From: a virus
Taxonomy: Duplodnaviria > Heunggongvirae > Uroviricota > Caudoviricetes
Virus record (IMG/VR): IMGVR_UViG_2859810971_000007
Direction: 5' to 3' (one strand)
DNA length: 64,000 nucleotides
Part shown: piece by piece, positions 58,072 to 64,000 of the stretch
Position numbering within the stretch: position 1 is the stretch's first letter
Layout of the letters: every line of letters begins with the position of its first letter
Program-made: the position numbers and the translations under genes
Notes under the pieces: generated by a model
Database searches by the model: none
The model's input: the letters and a program-made list of their open reading frames with translations, nothing else
Told to the model about the DNA's origin: nothing

Positions 58072-58635
58072 ATGACTACTCTCCCAACCCTCTCTCAACC
58101 TGAAATTGCCATCGTTGATGGTTAGGCTGTTACTTCATCCCTGGCTGTTGCCAACTTCTTCTCTAAACGTCATGACGATGTTCTGAAAAAGATCCGCATT
58201 TTGGATTGTTCTCCAGAGTTTTGTGCCCGCAATTTTGCGGAGACATCAATTTTGGTACGCCAGCCCAACGGCGGTACTCGCAAACTTCCCTGCTACCAAA
58301 TTACCCGCGACGGCTTCGCCTTCCTTGCTATGGGCTTCACTGGTAAACGTGCCGCCCGGTTCAAAGAGGCATACATCAATGCCTTTAACCAGATGGAGAG
58401 GAGCTTATCAGGAGCTGGTGCGGCTGACATGTCATCTGTCGCACAAAACGCCAGAGGCGTATACCTGCATTTGCGTGAAATCCATCAAATCTGGACAAGC
58501 CAGCTTTACCCAATGCTTAAGGCCGTTGAATCTCCGCTGGCTGGCAAACTGTACGACCGTGTAGGTGATGCTGTTTTTGGTGCTGCACTTGTTGATTCCA
58601 GGCTGAATGGTTCTGACAAGGAGGTGCGCCCATGA
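58072..58635 (+). pseudogene. rha: Rha-family phage regulatory protein with in-frame amber stop
   Basis: ATG 58072; TAG at 58123-58125 where Gln is expected (VDG*AVTSSLAVANFF...); downstream ORF 58201-58635 is in the same frame. Confidence 0.75.
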
Positions 58636-58865
58636 TCCGCCACATCGTTAATTTCCTGTATCACCGATACAACCATTGCCCCCGTGTGGGGCAGTGGTTC
58701 ACCACCAGCAACGGCTACGTTCTGCGGGTTTGCCTGGTCAGTACCGAAAGCCAGAAGGTTGTCTGCCAGGTTCAGGGACGTACTCATACCCTGAGTTATC
58801 CGCTGGTGGCGTTTCAGCCCGGAAAAATGTTTAAACGCCTGGGAGGTGGCTATGCGTCCGTCTGA
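58632..58865 (+). CDS. hypothetical prophage protein
   Basis: 77-aa ORF between rha and the replication gene. Confidence 0.35.
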   Translation: MIRHIVNFLYHRYNHCPRVGQWFTTSNGYVLRVCLVSTESQKVVCQVQGRTHTLSYPLVAFQPGKMFKRLGGGYASV

Positions 58866-59311
58866 TCTTCTGCTCGATTTTGGACATCCGGTTGCTTATT
58901 ACCCTGGGCTCGTTAAATACATGGGAAGTCCGCACGCTGTTATTTTCTTTGGTCAGATTTTTTACTGGCAGGATAAAGCACATGCAGCGGAAGGCGTACA
59001 TAAAACGCGTGAAGAGATACAACACGAAACCGGACTTACATTTGAACAACAGGCTGTAGCGCGTAAGCATCTTGTGTCCAGAGGCATTTTGGTTGAAACC
59101 AACAAGCGTCTTGAGCACAAAATGTTCTACCGTATAGATTGTGAGCGCCTTAATGAAATTATCAATGAAAACAATCAGTTTTCCCGAAATGGGGAAACCC
59201 GTTTTCGGGAAACTGTAAAACCCAATTTCGCGGAGGAGGGAAAGCCTTCACCGCGGACACGGGAAACCTGAGGTGTACTGGCAATAGCGGACACTACCAT
59301 TTGTTCTTTTT

Positions 59312-60130
59312 TTAAGCAGCCATCTGATGATATTTTTCCCTGAAGGCTGCCGGGGAGATATTCCCCAGACGAGAGTGACGACGCTGACGATTGTAGAAAA
59401 TCTCAATGTATTCCCGTATTACTGAGATGGCTTCATCCCGGTTATTAAAACGATAGTGGCTCAGGCTCTCATTTTTCAGCGTTCCCCAGAAGCTTTCCAT
59501 CGGAGCGTTGTCGTAACAGTTACCTTTACGCGACATTGATGTTTTCAGACCAAACTGCTCCTGTATGACCCGGTAATCGTATGCGCAGTACTGTGAACCT
59601 CGATCAGAGTGGTGGATTAGCCCGGCAGGTGGGCGCTGGCTCCTGAGCGCCATAAACAGGGCTTTACCTGTCAGCTCTTTTGTCATGCGCTCTCCCATGG
59701 CGTAGCCGACAATTTCGCACGTATAAACATCTTTGATGCCAGCGAGGTACAACCATCCCTCCTGTGTGGCAACATACGTCAGGTCCGCCACCCAGACCTG
59801 ATTTGGTGCTGTAGGAGCGAACGTCTGGTTCAGCAGATTTGGCGCAACTGGCAGATTGTGGTTCGGGTTCGTAGTCGCTCTGAACTTGCGTTTCTGCTTA
59901 CAGCGTAGCCTCAGCTCCTTACGAAGACGTGCCAGTCGGTCACGACCAACGATGATGCCATTCTCTGCCAGCTCCGTCTGGAGCCGCCGGGTTCCATATG
60001 TTTCGCGAGTGCGGATATGTGCCACCTTAATCTCCAGTTTTAGCCGCTCATCACTTTGTTTTCTGTCTGAGGGTTCATGCTGTACCCAGTTGTAATAACC
60101 GCTCCTGGATATACCAAAGACCTGACACAT
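59312..60130 (-). CDS. IS600 OrfB transposase
   Basis: 272-aa ORF. Confidence 0.9.
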   Translation of the reverse strand: MCQVFGISRSGYYNWVQHEPSDRKQSDERLKLEIKVAHIRTRETYGTRRLQTELAENGIIVGRDRLARLRKELRLRCKQKRKFRATTNPNHNLPVAPNLLNQTFAPTAPNQVWVADLTYVATQEGWLYLAGIKDVYTCEIVGYAMGERMTKELTGKALFMALRSQRPPAGLIHHSDRGSQYCAYDYRVIQEQFGLKTSMSRKGNCYDNAPMESFWGTLKNESLSHYRFNNRDEAISVIREYIEIFYNRQRRHSRLGNISPAAFREKYHQMAA

Positions 60131-60165
60131 CGCTTCAATGGGAAATTGTTGTCGCCATTGTTCGA

Positions 60166-60468
60166 TTAACGCGTATTTTTCAGCGACTCCTGTGCAAAAT
60201 ACGCTGTTGCTTTTTTTAATATATCTCGCTCAAGGCGAGCTTCATTTAACGCCTTACGCAGTTGCAGAATTTCAGATTCCAGTTCAGCCACCGTGCGGGA
60301 ACCAGGAGTACCGAGCCCTTTTCTGGCGGCGGTAACCCATTGTCCTAAAGTGCCTTCAGGAAGGGATAATCGGGAAGCGCCTTCACTGATCGAAAGTTGA
60401 TTTTCAAGAACCGTTCTGACAGCTTCGGCTTTGAACTCTTTAGAGTAACGTTGGGTTTTTCTGCTCAT
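60166..60468 (-). CDS. IS600 OrfA
   Basis: 100-aa ORF. Confidence 0.9.
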   Translation of the reverse strand: MSRKTQRYSKEFKAEAVRTVLENQLSISEGASRLSLPEGTLGQWVTAARKGLGTPGSRTVAELESEILQLRKALNEARLERDILKKATAYFAQESLKNTR

Positions 60469-61028
60469 TATTAGCTCCTTCTGATGCCATTCTATTTCAG
60501 GAAGGAGTGTCCGTTAAACTCAGGCTACCTCAACCCCTCGCCGCGGAGAAGGGAAAACCAATTTCGATCTTACAGAGAATACAACAGAGATTACTTCAGA
60601 GAATACTACAGAGAGTAAAAACACTATTGGCGCATCCGCTGACGCGTCTGCACCAGCGCGTTCTTCCCGACAGGAATATTCACCGGAATTTGAACAGGAC
60701 TGGCAGGAATATCCAAAACGTGCTGGTGGTAACTCAAAATCCGCAGCCTTCAAAGCCTGGAAAGCCCGGCTCAGGGAGGGAATAAAACCTGAAGCCATGC
60801 TTGATGGCGTGAAACGCTATGCTGCCTGGGTACGTGCCACAGGAAATACCGGCACACAGTTCGTGAAGCAGGCTGCGACGTTCTTTGGACCCGATCGTCA
60901 CTTCGAAGACTTCTGGCAACAGCCAGCCGCTCCCGGAGGTGGGCGACAGCGACAGGTCGATGTCCTGGCTGGCCTGGGAGCCATGTCTGACAAATTCGGT
61001 AAATCCAGTGACAAACTGACATTCTGAG

Positions 61029-61916
61029 GTGACAGCGATGATGACGTTTAACCTGCGTGAACAACAAAAAAGACTACAGGCGCGAATGGATGAGTTACGG
61101 GCAGAGATTGCATTTGCTCAGAAGGGCGAAAAGCCATGGCCTTATCGTTCCTGCCTGATGCGTGAAGGTCGCGGATATTGCGAAAAACATGGCGAATATC
61201 ACACGCATATACTGGTGTGGAGCGATCGTAATGGCGAGGACAGAGAAGAAATTTCATGCTGCCCTGACTGCTTAATCGCTGAGGCCAACGATTTGACCAT
61301 GGAGCTGTCGTCCATCAAGGCGGAAGAGCTGACTGATAACGCCGGAATTGCCCTGCGTTTTCGGGACTGCGAGTTTGATAATTATCTGGAGGTTAATCCT
61401 GGCGCAGCCAGAAATCTTGCGGCCTGTCGCCGCTATGCGGAGAACTGGCCAGATATGCTGGAGAACGGTACCAGTCTTGTTATGACCGGCAGTTGTGGTA
61501 CCGGAAAAAATCATCTGGCTGTGGCTATGGCAAAACACATCATCCGTAACTATCTGGCCAGTGTGGAGATCACCGACGTGATGCGCCTTACCCGTGCTGT
61601 GAAAAATTGCTGGCGGAATGACAGCGAAAAAACAGCGGATGAAGTTATTGAGCGTTATGCGTCAATGGATTTGCTGATCATCGACGAAGTTGGCGTTCAG
61701 TTTGGCAGCGCGGCTGAAATGGCTATTTTGCAGGAAATTATCAACGCCAGGTACGAAAGTATCTTGCCCACCATTCTGATCAGTAACCTCTCACCGGAAG
61801 AGTTGTGGGCGTTCATCAGTCCCCGAATTGCCGACAGGATCACAGACGGGGGACGCAACTGGTTGTCGTTTAACTGGCCCAGTTACCGTTCTCGTATCAG
61901 AGGTGTGGCTGCATGA
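61029..61916 (+). CDS. DnaC-like helicase loader (AAA+) with N-terminal Cys/His cluster
   Basis: Walker A TGSCGTGKNHLA, Walker B LLIIDEVG; CEKHGEYH...CCPDC cluster. Confidence 0.8.
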   Translation: MTAMMTFNLREQQKRLQARMDELRAEIAFAQKGEKPWPYRSCLMREGRGYCEKHGEYHTHILVWSDRNGEDREEISCCPDCLIAEANDLTMELSSIKAEELTDNAGIALRFRDCEFDNYLEVNPGAARNLAACRRYAENWPDMLENGTSLVMTGSCGTGKNHLAVAMAKHIIRNYLASVEITDVMRLTRAVKNCWRNDSEKTADEVIERYASMDLLIIDEVGVQFGSAAEMAILQEIINARYESILPTILISNLSPEELWAFISPRIADRITDGGRNWLSFNWPSYRSRIRGVAA

Positions 61917-63304
61917 CAACTCCAGTATGGCGTAACGATGACCTTGAAGGCGCTGTCATCGGCGCGTTCTTTCTGCGCGGAGCAGATCCTGAAGTGATGG
62001 ATATTCTGGCCACACTGCCAGCGGACGTTTTTTCTGTACGAGCGTATCAGGATATCTATACAGGCATCTGCAGACAGGCCCGTGTTTCAGGAGTGATTGA
62101 CCCCGTGCTGTTGTGTAATGAGATGCCGGAACTTGCCCCGGTGATTACTGATACCGGGCGTAAAACCTGGGTGAAGTCTTCACTGGAGCACTATGTTGCA
62201 GCGTTGCGGCGCAATGCCGCACTGCGCGATGCAGAAAAAACACTGAATGAGGCGCTGCAGAAATTACGTGATGCGCATACCTGTGAAGCAGCTGAAGATG
62301 CCCTGAAGGATGCGCAGAACATGATGGTCACACTGTCGACAGGAAAGGGCGTCATTCAGCCGGTACATATTGATGATGTGCTTCCGGAAGTGGTTGAGCG
62401 TGTTGAATGCCGGAATCAGGGGCTGGAGAAATCCAGGACGTTGATGACCGGTATTGATGAACTGGACGCAAAAACAGGCGGTATGGAGCCCGGAGACCTG
62501 GTATTCATTGCCGCCCGTCCTTCGATGGGGAAAACCGAACTTGCGCTGGACATCATCGACAAGGTGACTGAGCAGGGGCATGGTGTGCTTCTGTTCACCA
62601 TGGAGATGGCGAACATCCAGATTGGTGAACGTATGGTGTCTGCGGCTGGAGGGATGCCAGTATCACGCCTGAAATCTGTGGCTCACTTTGAAGATGAAGA
62701 CTGGACGCGTTTCTCACAAGGGGTGGGGCGGATGACCGGGCGCAATATCTGGATGGTGGACCAGGCGAACCTGGCCATTGATGAGATATGCGCAACAACG
62801 AAACACCACCTGATTAAATATCCGGAAACGGCGCTGGTGGTGGTTGATTATCTCGGGCTGATAAAAACCCGAACCACGGGGCGTCATGACCTTGCCGTGG
62901 GTGAAATCTCAAAGGGGCTTAAAGGCCTGGCAAAATCCGGTGGTTTTCCGTTGATTGCGCTGAGCCAGCTCTCCCGCGGTGTGGAGTCCAGACCCAATAA
63001 ACGTCCCATGAACTCAGACCTGAAAAATTCCGGAGAAATAGAGGCGGATGCAGACATCATTCTGATGCTTTACAGGGATGAAGTGTACAACCCGGATACG
63101 CAGGCCAGGGGCATCGCAGAAATCAATATCACGAAACAACGTAACGGTTCTCTGGGAACGATTTACCGGCGTTTTTATAACGGACATTTTCTGCCTGTGG
63201 ACCAGGAAAGTGCACGGGTGCTTTCCACTCCCATGAAGCCCGGCAATCCGCGCAGATACAGTAATAAACGAACTGACAGCAGTAAGATGGAGCGTTTCTT
63301 TTGA
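61913..63304 (+). CDS. DnaB-family replicative helicase
   Basis: 463-aa ORF with Walker A ARPSMGKT and DnaB-type motifs (VVVDYLGL, ALSQLSR). Confidence 0.85.
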   Translation: MTTPVWRNDDLEGAVIGAFFLRGADPEVMDILATLPADVFSVRAYQDIYTGICRQARVSGVIDPVLLCNEMPELAPVITDTGRKTWVKSSLEHYVAALRRNAALRDAEKTLNEALQKLRDAHTCEAAEDALKDAQNMMVTLSTGKGVIQPVHIDDVLPEVVERVECRNQGLEKSRTLMTGIDELDAKTGGMEPGDLVFIAARPSMGKTELALDIIDKVTEQGHGVLLFTMEMANIQIGERMVSAAGGMPVSRLKSVAHFEDEDWTRFSQGVGRMTGRNIWMVDQANLAIDEICATTKHHLIKYPETALVVVDYLGLIKTRTTGRHDLAVGEISKGLKGLAKSGGFPLIALSQLSRGVESRPNKRPMNSDLKNSGEIEADADIILMLYRDEVYNPDTQARGIAEINITKQRNGSLGTIYRRFYNGHFLPVDQESARVLSTPMKPGNPRRYSNKRTDSSKMERFF

Positions 63305-63558
63305 ACAACCAGACAATGACTTTTACCCCTAAACAATTGCGTAAACACGCGCAGGAAATGCTGCGTCATGCTGAACAACTCGAAAAAACGGGCATAACAA
63401 AAGATGCTATCCGTAAAGATATGGTACCCGCGCTTCGGGAACTGATGCAGGCGAAGCATCGCGCACAGAAAGCAGTAGATGAGCTGGTGGACTGTGTGGC
63501 AGAGCTGGAAACCAGAGTCGGAAAGTTTGAAAAACTGGTGCAGGAGGCGCTGCGCTGA
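63301..63558 (+). CDS. hypothetical prophage protein (coiled-coil)
   Basis: 85-aa ORF overlapping the helicase stop. Confidence 0.4.
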   Translation: MNNQTMTFTPKQLRKHAQEMLRHAEQLEKTGITKDAIRKDMVPALRELMQAKHRAQKAVDELVDCVAELETRVGKFEKLVQEALR

Positions 63559-63649
63559 TGCGCCATGAGTTTGTTTTGCCCTGGCTTGTGCGCGATCATT
63601 ATGTCCCTGGTGGAAAGCCCGGGATAAAAATCACCGAACCGGAGAGTAT

Positions 63650-63853
63650 TTGATGAGCGTCAAAATTCAAACGATACCGGAACTGCTTATCCAGACACGA
63701 GGTAATATGACCGAAGTTTCACGAATGCTGAACTGTAATCGCGCCACGGTAAGAAAATATGCTGAAGATAAAGAGGGCAAAGGGCACGCCATTGTTGATG
63801 GTGTTCTGATTGTTCATCGTGGATGGGACAGGGGTAAAGACAGTGATGCGTGA
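63650..63853 (+). CDS. ninH: NinH
   Basis: 67-aa ORF resembling recalled lambda NinH (...[30 protein letters not shown]...[14 protein letters not shown]). Confidence 0.7.
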   Translation: MMSVKIQTIPELLIQTRGNMTEVSRMLNCNRATVRKYAEDKEGKGHAIVDGVLIVHRGWDRGKDSDA

Positions 63854-64000
63854 TATTCAGCAGGTTCTTGAGCGCTGGGGCGCGTGGGTGGCTAATAATC
63901 ATGAGGATGTGACCTGGTCGTCCATTGCTGCCGGTTTTAAGGGATTAATCCCTTCAAAAGTAAAATCCCGCCCGCAATGCTGTGACGATGACGCGATGGT
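63846..64000 (+). CDS. Q: late antiterminator Q (phage 82/Qin type), 5' part only; continues past window end
   Basis: [34 protein letters not shown]... matches recalled Q N-terminus. Confidence 0.6.
   Translation, partial: MRDIQQVLERWGAWVANNHEDVTWSSIAAGFKGLIPSKVKSRPQCCDDDAM

Larger units (their letters stand above)
59269..60532 (-). mobile_element. IS600, 1264 bp, simple insertion with 3-bp direct repeat ACC
   Basis: Canonical ends; ACC at 59266-59268 and 60533-60535. Confidence 0.9.
58846..61027 (+). pseudogene. phage replication initiator (O-like position) interrupted by IS600
   Basis: Frame continues across IS600 once the element and one ACC repeat are removed (~304 codons); immediately precedes DnaC-like and DnaB-like genes. 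Confidence 0.55.

Overview
This window looks like a Shigella-type (or enteroinvasive E. coli) chromosome segment at the lambda attachment locus, filled with decayed and rearranged lambdoid prophage material. All calls rest on reading the ORF translations and the DNA by eye; no database search was run. Chromosomal genes are ybhB (1-477) at the left and pgl, a ybhD remnant, a 5'-truncated ybhJ and ybhC (43.8-49.4 kb) further right. A lambda-type att core with a P'-arm sits beside ybhC (attL, 49491-49505) and an inverted copy with a P-arm-like sequence sits beside ybhB (568-582), so the prophage has been split by an inversion. From 3 to 26 kb a near-complete lambda-like late operon runs on the minus strand (Nu1 remnant, A, W, B, C, D, E, FI, FII, Z, U, V, G/T, H, M-L, K, I, J, lom, stf, tfa), ending in an ipaH effector pseudogene. 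From 29.4 to 37.4 kb lies a Rac-like early region (DicA/Cro-like switch, YdaT/U/V/W-like genes, QueH-like gene, hok, nin-like genes, Q-like antiterminator, four-tRNA array). From 49.5 to 64 kb: truncated lambda int, a primase-helicase pseudogene containing an intein, ninB/ninE, higBA, rha, an O-like/DnaC-like/DnaB-like replication module, ninH and a second Q. The region carries five IS600 copies plus IS629 (nested in IS600), IS2, IS1 and IS911, and a second, apparently intact ipaH (41135-42961). Many late genes are broken by single-base frameshifts that fall in homopolymer runs, so sequencing error cannot be excluded; two in-frame amber codons and the IS insertions are unambiguous. The most notable items are the intein, the prophage QueH-like gene beside a compact tRNA array, and the inverted att cores. 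No CRISPR array, rRNA or stx genes were seen.
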